64,000 bases of DNA from Oscillospiraceae bacterium (GCA_003526845.1 DPVM01000008.1:47593-111592); one strand, 5' to 3'. Numbered from the stretch's first letter, positions 9,986 through 19,545 are shown. Program-made: numbers and translations. Notes: generated by a model from the sequence alone, not told the origin.

Positions 9986-10050
9986 TTGACATTTGATTTT
10001 TTGATGATATAATATCTGTTAGTCGACTAATGTTAGCCGACTAAATAACA
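9986..10050 (+). promoter_or_regulatory. marR promoter (TTGACA, 16 nt spacer, TATAAT) with two tandem 14-bp palindromic operator repeats, TGTTAGTCGACTAA and TGTTAGCCGACTAA, that overlap the transcription start.
   Basis: The text reads ttgacatttgattttttgatgatataatatctgttagtcgactaatgttagccgactaa. TTAGTCGACTAA is a perfect 12-bp palindrome. Confidence 0.65.
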
Positions 10051-10071
10051 TTGAGGAACAATATAACTAAA

Positions 10072-10545
10072 ATGGATAATCACTGTAACAAACGCTCGGC
10101 AAAGCCGACCCCCCGCGGAATGATAGGTCCGCGCATCACGGATGTTTCAAGATTGCTGCGAATGCGCTTTAACCGTGCTGCACAGGAGGAGGGCTTGTTC
10201 GCGGGCCAGCAACATATTATTATTATGCTTGAGAAAACGGGCGGGCTTACCGTCAGCCAGATTTCAAAAAAACTGTGTGTTTCAACCGCTACGGTGTCGG
10301 TCAGCATCAAAAGGCTTGAAAAGGCAGGATTTGTCAAAAAAGTGCAGGGCGAAAAAGACGCCCGAATAACAAAAATTTATTTAACCGACAAGGGCAAATG
10401 CATTCCTTGTCGAATCAAACAAAAAATGGATGCTCAAGAGAGCAATATTACCGCAGGGCTGAGCGATGCCGAAATCGGCGAGCTGAGTGATATGCTCGAC
10501 CGTGTTATGAGCAACTTGGAAAAGGAGGAAATGCCGAATGATTAA
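10072..10545 (+). CDS. MarR-family transcriptional regulator.
   Basis: The winged-HTH region reads LTVSQISKKLCVSTATVSVSIKRLEKAGFVKKVQGEKDARI. The ORF-track start at 10051 is a TTG, so I call the ATG at 10072 instead. Confidence 0.8.
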   Translation: MDNHCNKRSAKPTPRGMIGPRITDVSRLLRMRFNRAAQEEGLFAGQQHIIIMLEKTGGLTVSQISKKLCVSTATVSVSIKRLEKAGFVKKVQGEKDARITKIYLTDKGKCIPCRIKQKMDAQESNITAGLSDAEIGELSDMLDRVMSNLEKEEMPND

Positions 10546-12292
10546 AAAACTTGCAAAATACATTAACGGCTTGTGGCATCTTTGCATAGTCAGCGCATTG
10601 GGCATGATTGTTGAGGCTGTATGCGAGCTTTCACTGCCCTCAATCGCAAATATGATTTATGAAAAATGCGCCGCCGTCAGCGGAGACCCGAATGCCGCTC
10701 AAGATGTCAAAAGCTATGTTATCAAGATAGGCATTTTGATGTTCGTGATGGCTGTTGTCGGCCTTTGCGGCGGACTTGCAACGATGAAAGCGTCATCCGT
10801 TGTCAGTCAAAAATTTTCTTACAGATTAAGAAATGATATGTATAAAAAAATCAGTGATTTTTCGTTTAAAAATATCGACGAATTTTCAACCTCATCGCTC
10901 ACTACGAGAATGACAAACGATGTCACATTGCTTCAAAACACATTGATGATGGGCTTGCGTGTTCTTGTACGCGTGCCTGCATTGCTGATTGTTTCGGCTG
11001 TGTTTGCATTTTCAATCAACGCAAAGCTTTCGTTTATTCTTGTTGTAATGCTCCCGATTATGATTGTGATTGTGGCGCTTATTTTGAAATTCGGATTTCC
11101 GATGTTCCAAAAAATGCAAAAAAAGATTGATAATGTCAACCGCGTTGTTCAGGAAAATCTTATCGGTATCCGTGTTGTAAAGGCTTTTGTCCGCGAGGAC
11201 AAGGAAAAAGAAAAATTCCACAATGCCTCCGACGGGCTTGCAAAGCAAGGCGCAAAGGCGGCAGGTCTTGTTGTAACCGTTCTGCCGATTTTGATGCTTA
11301 TGATGAATGTTGTCATTGTTTACATTTATTATAAAGGCTCGCTTGATGCGGCAAATCCTAATGTAAAAATGGATGTCGGTCAAATTTCTGTTCTTGCATC
11401 ATATATCGTGCAGGTTTTGATGAATATTATGATGGTTTCGATGCTTATGCTCCAGCTCACAAGAGCAAAGGCGTGCGGCGACCGTGTTGTTGAAGTTCTC
11501 GACACCGAGATTGATATTAAAAATCCGGAAAATGCATTTGTTCCGGAAAATCCGCAGGGCAATGTTGAGTTTAAAGATGTTTGCTTCGGATATAACAAGG
11601 GCGACAATGTTTTGGAAAATATCAATTTCAAGGCAAACGCAGGCAATATTGTCGGTATTATCGGCTCGACTGGCTGCGGCAAATCGTCACTTGTCAATTT
11701 GATTCCGCGTCTTTACGATGTTACAGGCGGCGAGGTGCTTGTTGACGGGGTCAATGTCAAGGAGTACGATTTGACGGCGCTTCGTGATATGATAGGCGTT
11801 GTGCTTCAAAAAAATGTGTTGTTCTCCGGCACAATAAAGGAGAATATCCGTTGGGGCAAAAAAGATGCCACCGATGATGAAATAATCGCCGCATGCAAGG
11901 CGGCTCAGGCTCACGATTTCATTATGCGCCAGCCGAACGGCTATGATACCGACCTTTCGCAGGGCGGCTTAAATCTTTCGGGCGGTCAAAAACAGCGACT
12001 TTGTATTGCAAGAGCTATGATTAAATCGCCGAAAATTCTTATTCTCGATGATTCGACATCGGCTGTTGATACGGCGACCGAGGCGAAAATCAGAGAGGCG
12101 TTTTACAACGAACTTGCAGATACAACCGTTATTATAATCGCACAGCGAATTTCGTCGGTTAAAGATGCAGACGAAATTGTCGTTCTTGACGACGGCAAAA
12201 TCGACGCAGTGGGTACTCATGACGAGTTGATGAAATCGTGCGAGATTTATCAGGAAATTTATACCACACAGCAAAAGGGGGTGCTTGAATAA
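10538..12292 (+). CDS. ABC transporter permease/ATPase, first half of a heterodimeric exporter with an N-terminal TMD and a C-terminal NBD.
   Basis: Six TM segments are followed by Walker A (GSTGCGKSS), the ABC signature (LSGGQKQR) and Walker B (ILILDDSTSAVD). Confidence 0.9.
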   Translation: MIKKLAKYINGLWHLCIVSALGMIVEAVCELSLPSIANMIYEKCAAVSGDPNAAQDVKSYVIKIGILMFVMAVVGLCGGLATMKASSVVSQKFSYRLRNDMYKKISDFSFKNIDEFSTSSLTTRMTNDVTLLQNTLMMGLRVLVRVPALLIVSAVFAFSINAKLSFILVVMLPIMIVIVALILKFGFPMFQKMQKKIDNVNRVVQENLIGIRVVKAFVREDKEKEKFHNASDGLAKQGAKAAGLVVTVLPILMLMMNVVIVYIYYKGSLDAANPNVKMDVGQISVLASYIVQVLMNIMMVSMLMLQLTRAKACGDRVVEVLDTEIDIKNPENAFVPENPQGNVEFKDVCFGYNKGDNVLENINFKANAGNIVGIIGSTGCGKSSLVNLIPRLYDVTGGEVLVDGVNVKEYDLTALRDMIGVVLQKNVLFSGTIKENIRWGKKDATDDEIIAACKAAQAHDFIMRQPNGYDTDLSQGGLNLSGGQKQRLCIARAMIKSPKILILDDSTSAVDTATEAKIREAFYNELADTTVIIIAQRISSVKDADEIVVLDDGKIDAVGTHDELMKSCEIYQEIYTTQQKGVLE

Positions 12293-14154
12293 TGCCGATG
12301 GGAGGACCGGGTCCGGGCGGAAGAAATCCTGCCGGAGTTAAACCCAAAAATGTTAAACAGAGTTTTTCAAGAATTTTGTCATATTTCGGCAAAAACAAAT
12401 TTTTGCTGTTAATTGTTTTTTTGTCGCTTATTTTAAGCACCGTTTGCTCGACTGCCGCATCTTATTGGCTCAAGCCGATTTTGGATGATGTGGCAACCTC
12501 AATAAAGGCGGGCACTTTTGCCGATGAGGGCATTAAAACACTTATCAAAAACCTTGCCATAGTTTCGGCGTTTTATGTCGGCGCGGCTGTTTTTACATTT
12601 CTTCAGTCAAAAATTATGGTTAAGGTTGCATACAAATCGACAAACGCAATCCGTAAGGATTTGTTTGACCGGTTGCAAACATTGCCTCTTAAATATTTCG
12701 ACACAAAAACCCACGGCGAGATTATGAGCCGTTTTACAAACGATGTCGACAATATTCAAATGATGCTTGAGCAGACAATAGTGCAACTCATTTCATCCGT
12801 TTTTACATTCATAGGTATTGTGGTGATGATGATTGTGCTTGAGTGGAGACTGTTTTTTGTTGCATGCATTTTTCTTGTGATAATGCTTGTCAACTCACTA
12901 AAAATCGCAAAAAGCACACGAAAATACTACAAGGCACAGCAGGCGTCTCTCGGCGAAATGAACGGTAATATTGAGGAAACTGTCGAGGGTATGAAGGTTG
13001 TTAAGGTTTTCAACCACGAACAGCAGGCTAACGATGATTTTGAAGTGCTCAACGAAAAATATCGCTCTGCCGCTACAAATGCAAACTTCTATTCGGGCAT
13101 TATGGGCCCTTGCTCAACCGGTATCAACAATGCCTCCTATGCGTCAATCACTCTTGTGGGCGGTATTCTCGTTTTGTCGAGCACAATCACAATCGGCACA
13201 TTTTTCACTTTCCTCAGTTATTCAAAGCAGTTTACTCAGCCGATTAACCAAATTATGAACCAAATGAATAACATTTTCTCCGCTCTTGCCGGCGCAGAAA
13301 GAGTTTTTGAGGTTATGGATATGGAAAGCGAAGTTGATGACGGCACCGTTACTCTTGAGGAAATCCATACCGACAGCGGCAAAAAATGGTTTTGGGTTGA
13401 CGGAGCTGAAAAAACTCCCGTTGAGGGCAAGGTCGTTTTCGACGATGTTACATTCTCCTATGTCCCCGACAAAGTTATTCTTCACGATATCGACCTTTAT
13501 GCCAAGCCGGGTCAAAAAATTGCATTTGTCGGCTCAACCGGCGCAGGCAAAACAACAATTACAAACCTTATCAACCGCTTTTATGATATTCAAGAGGGCA
13601 CAATCACCTATGACGGCATTGATATAAAGCGCATTAAAAAGGCTGATTTGCGTCGCTCGCTTGCAATTGTTCTTCAGGATACACACTTATTTACAGGAAC
13701 AATTATGGATAATATCCGCTATGGCAGACTTGACGCAACCGATGAGGAATGCATTGCGGCGTCAAAGCTTGCGTCTGCACATTCGTTTATCAAGCATCTT
13801 AAGGACGGATACAATACGGAAATCACCGGTGACGGTGCAAACCTTTCGCAAGGTCAAAGACAACTGCTTGCTATCGCGCGTGCAGCCGTAGCAGACCCAC
13901 CCGTTATGATTCTTGACGAGGCAACTTCGTCAATTGATACAAGAACCGAGGCTCATATCGAACATGGTATGGACCGCTTGATGATAGGCAGAACGGTGTT
14001 TGTAATCGCCCACCGTCTTTCAACTGTTCGCAATTCAAACGCAATTATGGTGCTTGAACACGGCAATATTATTGAACGCGGCGACCACGATTCGCTCCTT
14101 GCTTTGAAGGGCAGATATTACGAACTTTGCACCGGCAAAGCACAGCTTTCATAG
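12292..14154 (+). CDS. ABC transporter permease/ATPase, second half of the heterodimeric exporter.
   Basis: Walker A (GSTGAGKTT), signature (LSQGQRQL) and Walker B (ILDEATSSID) are present. There is a 1-nt start/stop overlap with the upstream gene. Confidence 0.9.
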   Translation: MPMGGPGPGGRNPAGVKPKNVKQSFSRILSYFGKNKFLLLIVFLSLILSTVCSTAASYWLKPILDDVATSIKAGTFADEGIKTLIKNLAIVSAFYVGAAVFTFLQSKIMVKVAYKSTNAIRKDLFDRLQTLPLKYFDTKTHGEIMSRFTNDVDNIQMMLEQTIVQLISSVFTFIGIVVMMIVLEWRLFFVACIFLVIMLVNSLKIAKSTRKYYKAQQASLGEMNGNIEETVEGMKVVKVFNHEQQANDDFEVLNEKYRSAATNANFYSGIMGPCSTGINNASYASITLVGGILVLSSTITIGTFFTFLSYSKQFTQPINQIMNQMNNIFSALAGAERVFEVMDMESEVDDGTVTLEEIHTDSGKKWFWVDGAEKTPVEGKVVFDDVTFSYVPDKVILHDIDLYAKPGQKIAFVGSTGAGKTTITNLINRFYDIQEGTITYDGIDIKRIKKADLRRSLAIVLQDTHLFTGTIMDNIRYGRLDATDEECIAASKLASAHSFIKHLKDGYNTEITGDGANLSQGQRQLLAIARAAVADPPVMILDEATSSIDTRTEAHIEHGMDRLMIGRTVFVIAHRLSTVRNSNAIMVLEHGNIIERGDHDSLLALKGRYYELCTGKAQLS

Positions 14155-14340
14155 TTTAAGCATTGAATTATTTGTCAATATTCAAAGATAATAGACAAAA
14201 AGCGATGATTATTACAATTAACTTTTTTTGTAACTAAAATTTTTTCAAAAAGGCTTTACAAACCGAATAATTGATGTTATAATTTAGACGATTATCAAAG
14301 CAAGATTTTGATTAGCAATTTTATTTGAGGTGAAATAACT

Positions 14341-14844
14341 ATGAAAAAGTTTTTATCAATCATCCTTTCAGTGATTATGGTATTTTCCGTAGGCCTTGCT
14401 TCAACAAGCGTTGCAATGGCTAAAACCTACAGCAGCCAGGAAACGAAAAAGCCCGGCTATTCAACAATCAAGGTTGAGGTTAACGGCAAACCATCAACAG
14501 ATGTTACCTATGATGTTGACAAATCAAATTCAAACAAAGTGTCTTTCAAATATAACGGCGACGGCGAGCTCCTCGGTTGGGAATTCCCGAATATGACCGA
14601 AGGCAAGGATTACACTATCATTTCCGAAGAGGGCAACACAATCACAATTTTGGTGTCTGAGGATTATGAGGGTATTGTAACTGCAAACGCTATTGTTAAG
14701 CAGGCAGGCTCAAACAACACAAAACCTAATAAGAACAGTAAGTCTCCTAAGACCGGCGCGGTTACAGCAACAGGCTTGGGCTTGACAGGTGCAGGTGCGG
14801 CTCTTCTCCTTGCTCTCAAAAAGAAAGACGAAGACGCTGAATAA
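14341..14844 (+). CDS. Small secreted sortase-B substrate of 167 aa with a C-terminal SPKTG sorting signal.
   Basis: The signal peptide is MKKFLSIILSVIMVFSVGLASTSVAMA. The C-terminus reads SPKTG, then a hydrophobic stretch (AVTATGLGLTGAGAALLLAL), then a KKKDEDAE tail. The (S/P)PXTG motif is the recognition motif for class B sortases of Clostridia. Confidence 0.6.
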   Translation: MKKFLSIILSVIMVFSVGLASTSVAMAKTYSSQETKKPGYSTIKVEVNGKPSTDVTYDVDKSNSNKVSFKYNGDGELLGWEFPNMTEGKDYTIISEEGNTITILVSEDYEGIVTANAIVKQAGSNNTKPNKNSKSPKTGAVTATGLGLTGAGAALLLALKKKDEDAE

Positions 14845-14920
14845 TTATAATAAATATTTCAGATGAGCATAAGGGATTCCTTGTGCTCATTTGTTATTTT
14901 AAATGCTTTTTGGTGGTATT

Positions 14921-15736
14921 ATGAGCAACGACAATAACAAAAAAGTGAATAATTCCGACGGCAAATCAAAAAATACGGCGAAAAAAGTATTGACAGTTAT
15001 TGCCGTGTTAATGATTATTGCGGGGGTTTGCTGCTTTGGATATTATATCTATATGCAGAAAAGCGCCGACAGCGAAGATAATAAAGCACAAAGCTACACG
15101 CAAAGCACAACGGCGGCGCAGACCGACGGCGACAAAGTTAAAAATCCGATTGATTTTAAATCGCTTCAAAGCAAAAACAGCGATATTTATGCTTGGATAA
15201 AAGTTGACGGCACAAAGGTTGACCATCCGGTGTGTCAAAGCCCGACAGACGATTATTTTTATCTCCGCCACAGTGCTTATGACAAATCGTATGTTTCAAG
15301 CGGCGCGATTTATACTGAACTTTCAAACACAACAACTTTTAAAGACAGGGTGACTGTTATTTACGGCCACAACAACTACGGCGACTCAATGTTTACCACC
15401 CTGCATAAATTTGAGAGCAAGGATTTTTTTGATTCTCACCCGTATTTTTATATTTACACGCCGACCTCACGGCTGAAATATCAAATCGTTTCGGCGTTTA
15501 AGTATGACGACCGTCATATTATGAACAGCTTTAATTTTCAGAACAACGGCACATTTGAGGAATTTATCAAAATGATAAAAAATCCGCAGTCAACAAACAA
15601 AAATGTGCGCTCAAAACTTGACAAAGACATTACAATTGATGATAATATAGTAGTTCTGTCAACATGTGTGACAAACCAAAAAAGCAACAGATATTTAGTA
15701 TGCGGAGTATTAGTAGACGATGAAAAGACCTATTGA
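14921..15736 (+). CDS. srtB: Class B sortase (SrtB).
   Basis: There is a TM anchor. The catalytic His lies in VIYGHNNY, the Cys in VVLSTCV and the Arg in RYLVCG. The IYAWIKVDGTKVDHPV block is typical of SrtB. An alternative start exists at 14903. Confidence 0.8.
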   Translation: MSNDNNKKVNNSDGKSKNTAKKVLTVIAVLMIIAGVCCFGYYIYMQKSADSEDNKAQSYTQSTTAAQTDGDKVKNPIDFKSLQSKNSDIYAWIKVDGTKVDHPVCQSPTDDYFYLRHSAYDKSYVSSGAIYTELSNTTTFKDRVTVIYGHNNYGDSMFTTLHKFESKDFFDSHPYFYIYTPTSRLKYQIVSAFKYDDRHIMNSFNFQNNGTFEEFIKMIKNPQSTNKNVRSKLDKDITIDDNIVVLSTCVTNQKSNRYLVCGVLVDDEKTY

Positions 15737-17153
15737 TCCAAATTTGAATAACAGCGACGACGATATTTTACTCAATCTCACCGGCGGCAATTCAAAGCAG
15801 TCGGACGAGCTTTCGTTTGCAGAAGGCTCGGAGCCTGATGATGTTAAATCACCCGAATATACCGTTTCGGTTGATGACAAAGAAAATGGCACAATTCCGG
15901 TAACACCGATGGCAAGCGTTGAAAATACCAACGAAGATATAAGTGCGATTGTTGATAAGGAGGAGATGCCTCATTCTTCACACAGCGGCGAACATCATCA
16001 TTCGTCCGACGGTCACTACCATTCCTCGAGTCATCATCACCATTCGTCCGACGGTCACCACCACTCCTCGAGCCATCATCACCATTCGTCCGGCAGTCAT
16101 CACAGCGGCGAGCACCATCACCATCACCACGGCAAAAAGAAAAAAGGTTTGCCTACCGCCGCAAAAATAGCTATTATCGTGCTTGTAATTCTGCTTTTGA
16201 TTCCAATTATCGCAATGATTGTTTTGGGAATTAATGTCAAAACAGGCGATTTCAAAAAGGAAAACGCCGCTGCAACGGAATACAGCGAAGTTATAGAATA
16301 TAACGGCCATAAATACAAATACAATGAAAATGTTGTTTCGATAGCCTTTATGGGCATTGACCAAGACACGCTGAAAACGAGCGACCAAACCGATTTTGTC
16401 GGTGCGTCGGATGCCGATATTGTTTTTGCCGTTGACACGCAAAGCGGCAAAGCAAGCGCAATTGCAATCCCTCGTGACACGATGGTTGATGTCGATATGT
16501 ATATGGAAAGCGGCACGCTGATTGAAACACAAAAAACACAGCTTTGCCTTGCCTATGCCTACGGCGACGGCAGAGAGTTGAGCTGTAAAAACACGGTTAA
16601 CTCAATCAGCCGAGTGCTTTATAATGTGCCGATAAACAAGTATTTTGCACTTGATTTGAATGGCATTGCCGCATTGAATGACGCTATCGGCGGAGTTACA
16701 ATTGATTCGTCGCTCTATGACTTTAAGGACGAGGGAATCAAGGTTGGCGATAAGGTTGTTCTTAAAGGTGATATGGCAGAAAAATATGTGCGCCAGCGTA
16801 ATATGGACACTGTTGACGCCTCAATTAACAGAACAGACCGTCAGGTGCAGTATGTCAAAGCATATACAAAACAGCTTGTGCCTGCCGTAATGAACGATTT
16901 CAGCGTTATTTCAAAACTTTACACCGATGCACAAAAGTATTCGCAAAGCAATATTAAGCTCGACAATGTGACATATCTCGGCTCGCTCCTTTTGTCAAAG
17001 GGAATAACCGATTTTGAATCGTATCGCTTAAAGGGAACCTTCAGCGAATCTGCCGACCCGATTTTGCCGGATGTTGCACACGCCGAATTTACACCCGACG
17101 AAGACTACCTTATGCAAACAATCCTAAAGGTTTTTTATACTCAACTTGATTAA
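15720..17153 (+). CDS. LytR-CpsA-Psr (LCP) family cell-wall glycopolymer phosphotransferase, with a roughly 140-aa His/Ser/Asp-rich cytoplasmic N-terminal extension.
   Basis: There is a single TM segment (IAIIVLVILLLIPIIAMIVLGI). LCP core motifs are present: VSIAFMGIDQD, ADIVFAVDTQSGKASAIAIPRDTMVDV and LNGIAALNDAIGGV. It overlaps the srtB stop by 17 nt. Confidence 0.8.
   Translation: MKRPIDPNLNNSDDDILLNLTGGNSKQSDELSFAEGSEPDDVKSPEYTVSVDDKENGTIPVTPMASVENTNEDISAIVDKEEMPHSSHSGEHHHSSDGHYHSSSHHHHSSDGHHHSSSHHHHSSGSHHSGEHHHHHHGKKKKGLPTAAKIAIIVLVILLLIPIIAMIVLGINVKTGDFKKENAAATEYSEVIEYNGHKYKYNENVVSIAFMGIDQDTLKTSDQTDFVGASDADIVFAVDTQSGKASAIAIPRDTMVDVDMYMESGTLIETQKTQLCLAYAYGDGRELSCKNTVNSISRVLYNVPINKYFALDLNGIAALNDAIGGVTIDSSLYDFKDEGIKVGDKVVLKGDMAEKYVRQRNMDTVDASINRTDRQVQYVKAYTKQLVPAVMNDFSVISKLYTDAQKYSQSNIKLDNVTYLGSLLLSKGITDFESYRLKGTFSESADPILPDVAHAEFTPDEDYLMQTILKVFYTQLD
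15970..16132 (+). repeat. Imperfect tandem repeat of about 39 bp that encodes (HSSDGH[H/Y]HSSSHHH)n, the poly-His/Ser tract of the LCP protein.
   Basis: cattcgtccgacggtcac(t/c)accattcctcgag(t/c)catcatcac is repeated, ending in HHHHHHG. Confidence 0.8.
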
Positions 17154-17160
17154 AATAAAA

Positions 17161-17207
17161 AGAGCATTGCTTTCACTGCGATAATGCAGTATGCAATGCT
17201 CTCTTTT
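17161..17207. terminator. Rho-independent terminator.
   Basis: The stem is agagcattgc / gcaatgctct followed by TTTTT. Confidence 0.65.
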
Positions 17208-17219
17208 TGTCAAAAAATA

Positions 17220-17471
17220 TCAGCCCTTGAGTCCGCGCTCCTGACGGTCCATATCCTCAACAACAATGTCGAAAATTTCGCCGAGCGACGAGCAGTATTC
17301 AAGCACCTTCCACGGCTCGTTGGTGTGGTAATGGATTTTAACCAAATCCTCATCACCTGTCGCAATAAGGCAGTCGCCATTAAAATTGTCTACAAAATAA
17401 TCGTGAATATCGTCCTCGTCAAGACCTGTGCCCTCAATGAGAAGTTGGGTGTCATATCTGTATTCAAGCAT
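17220..17471 (-). pseudogene. Orphan 83-aa ORF that resembles the internal linker region of DAK2-domain (YloV-like) proteins. It is a possible gene remnant or a small standalone protein.
   Basis: The product is MLEYRYDTQLLIEGTGLDEDDIHDYFVDNFNGDCLIATGDEDLVKIHYHTNEPWKVLEYCSSLGEIFDIVVEDMDRQ. The GD-x-L-x-x-x-GDE-x-LV-x-x-H-x-HTN-x-P ... IENM-like pattern recalls YloV-family proteins. No DAK2 core is present. Confidence 0.3.
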
Positions 17472-17619
17472 TTTTTTGTGCGCTGTGCGCCCTCCTTTTT
17501 ATTTTATGTATTCCATATTATCACTTTGGATTTTTTTGTCTATAAAATCACAAAATTATTTACCGTTTGTTCATTATATGATAAAATGGCATTGAAAAAA
17601 TATTACAAGGGTTGTTTTT

Positions 17620-19545
17620 ATGGATAAAAATTTGTTTTCAAACCGCCTCAAACTTAATAGTATCACACTGACAGACGATTTTTGGCTCGAAAAATCAGAA
17701 CTTGTGCGCCGCGAGATGATTCCGTATCAGCTTTCGGCACTTAATGACAACATTGAAGGTGCTGAAAAAAGTTATTGCCTTGAAAATTTCAAAAAAGCGT
17801 CAATAATCGTTGAAAATATGAAAAAAGGTGTTAAGCCGCCTAAATATCCTGCCGACAGATGGCATTATGACGAAAGCGCTCCGAAAAATGCGTTCCACGG
17901 CTGGGTTTTTCAGGACAGTGATGTATATAAATGGCTTGAAGCTGTGGCGTATTCGCTTGTTAATCATCCCGATTATGATTTGCAGAGAAAAGCGGATAAG
18001 TGTGTAGACCTTATTTGTTCTGCACAGCTTGAAAACGGCTATCTCGACACGCTTTATATTATCAATAATCAAGATGAAATTTTTACAAATTTAAAGGACT
18101 ATCACGAGCTTTACTGTTTCGGGCATTTGGCTCAAGCGGCGATTGCGTATTATGACGCAACCGGCAACAAAAAGCTGTTTGACGCGGCGTGCCGCTTTGC
18201 CGATTTGATTTGCGACACCTTCGGCGAGAACAAAATCAAGGGCTATCCCGGTCACGAAATTGCCGAAATGGCACTTGTCGGTCTTTATCGTGCCACGGGT
18301 GATGAAAAATATTTAAAAACGGCGGAGTTTTTTGTTGACGAGCGCGGCAAAAAGCCCTATTATTATGACCTTGTTTTGGGCAAAAAAACCGTAAACGATA
18401 ATTATTTTTACAATCAGGCGCACATTCAGCCGAAATATCAGACGGAGGCAGTAGGTCACGCCGTTCGGGGAGTTTATCTCTATTCGGGTATGGCTGATGT
18501 TGCGCGCGAAACCGGCGACGATGAATTGCTTGCGGCGTGTGAGAAAATTTTTGACAATATCCGGTCAAAGAAAATGTATATCACCGGCGGAATAGGTGCA
18601 ACTGTTGACGGTGAGGCGTTTTCGTTTAACTATGATTTGCCGAATGACCTTGCGTACAGCGAAACCTGTGCATCAATCGGGCTTGTGTTTTTCGCAATGC
18701 GAATGAGCGCGATTAACCCCGATTCAAAATATGCCGATGTTGTCGAAAGGGCGCTGTATAACACGATTTTGTCGGGAATGAGCGAGGATGCAAAACGCTT
18801 TTTCTATGTCAATCCGCTTGAGGTGTTGCCCGAGGCGTCGCACAAGGACAGCCGCAAGGCTCATATTAAACCTGTTCGGCAAAAATGGTTTGGTTGTGCT
18901 TGCTGTCCGCCTAATTTGGCACGCCTTATATCGTCACTCGGCGAATATTGCTTCAGCGAGAGCGGCGACACATTTTATATTCATCAATATGTCGGCGCTA
19001 ACATTGACGCTCAAAATGCCGATGTTTGCGTTAAATCGTCATATTTGACAGACGGCGGCGTAAAGATTAAAATAAATCCGAAAAAAAGCATGCGCCTTGC
19101 TCTGCGTATTCCGTCATGGTGTAAAAATTATAAAATTTCGGCACCGTATGAGATTAAAAAAGGCTGTGCCTATATTGATGTTAACGGAGAAACGAAAGTT
19201 AATGCGTCGTTTGAACTCAAACCGCGTTTTGTCGCCTGCACAAGCAATGTGCGTGCAAATGTCGGCAAGGTCGCATTGTGTCGCGGACCCGTTGTTTATT
19301 GCATTGAGAGTGTGGATAACGGTGCTGACCTTCAACAGCTGATTGTCAATGCCAACAGCGATTTTTCCGAGTCGGGCGAATGCATAACGGTGAACGGTCT
19401 GCGTGAAAAAGCACACGAGTCGCTGTATTATGACTATGAAAAGCCCACATATGAGAAAACAAAAATCAAATTCATTCCGTACCGCAAATGGGGGAACAGA
19501 GGCGAAAACGAAATGTGCGTTTTTGTAAGAATTAAGGAGGATTGA
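17620..19545 (+). CDS. Glycoside hydrolase family 127 (DUF1680, beta-L-arabinofuranosidase HypBA1-like).
   Basis: The Cys-rich zinc motif CACCPPNLARL (the C-x-CC-P-x-N signature of HypBA1) is present. Conserved DVYKWLEA and YELYCFGHL blocks are present. The protein is 641 aa. Confidence 0.8.
   Translation: MDKNLFSNRLKLNSITLTDDFWLEKSELVRREMIPYQLSALNDNIEGAEKSYCLENFKKASIIVENMKKGVKPPKYPADRWHYDESAPKNAFHGWVFQDSDVYKWLEAVAYSLVNHPDYDLQRKADKCVDLICSAQLENGYLDTLYIINNQDEIFTNLKDYHELYCFGHLAQAAIAYYDATGNKKLFDAACRFADLICDTFGENKIKGYPGHEIAEMALVGLYRATGDEKYLKTAEFFVDERGKKPYYYDLVLGKKTVNDNYFYNQAHIQPKYQTEAVGHAVRGVYLYSGMADVARETGDDELLAACEKIFDNIRSKKMYITGGIGATVDGEAFSFNYDLPNDLAYSETCASIGLVFFAMRMSAINPDSKYADVVERALYNTILSGMSEDAKRFFYVNPLEVLPEASHKDSRKAHIKPVRQKWFGCACCPPNLARLISSLGEYCFSESGDTFYIHQYVGANIDAQNADVCVKSSYLTDGGVKIKINPKKSMRLALRIPSWCKNYKISAPYEIKKGCAYIDVNGETKVNASFELKPRFVACTSNVRANVGKVALCRGPVVYCIESVDNGADLQQLIVNANSDFSESGECITVNGLREKAHESLYYDYEKPTYEKTKIKFIPYRKWGNRGENEMCVFVRIKED

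Noticed and set aside
10051-10071. ORF-track TTG start for marR
   Set aside because: The TTG lies within the operator/TSS region. The ATG at 10072 gives a normal-length MarR with an upstream GAGGA RBS.
17184-17627. 147-aa plus-strand ORF overlapping the 83-aa minus-strand ORF
   Set aside because: The translation is low-complexity junk (FFVYKITKLF...). It overlaps the terminator hairpin, has no RBS, and the opposite-strand ORF is more protein-like.
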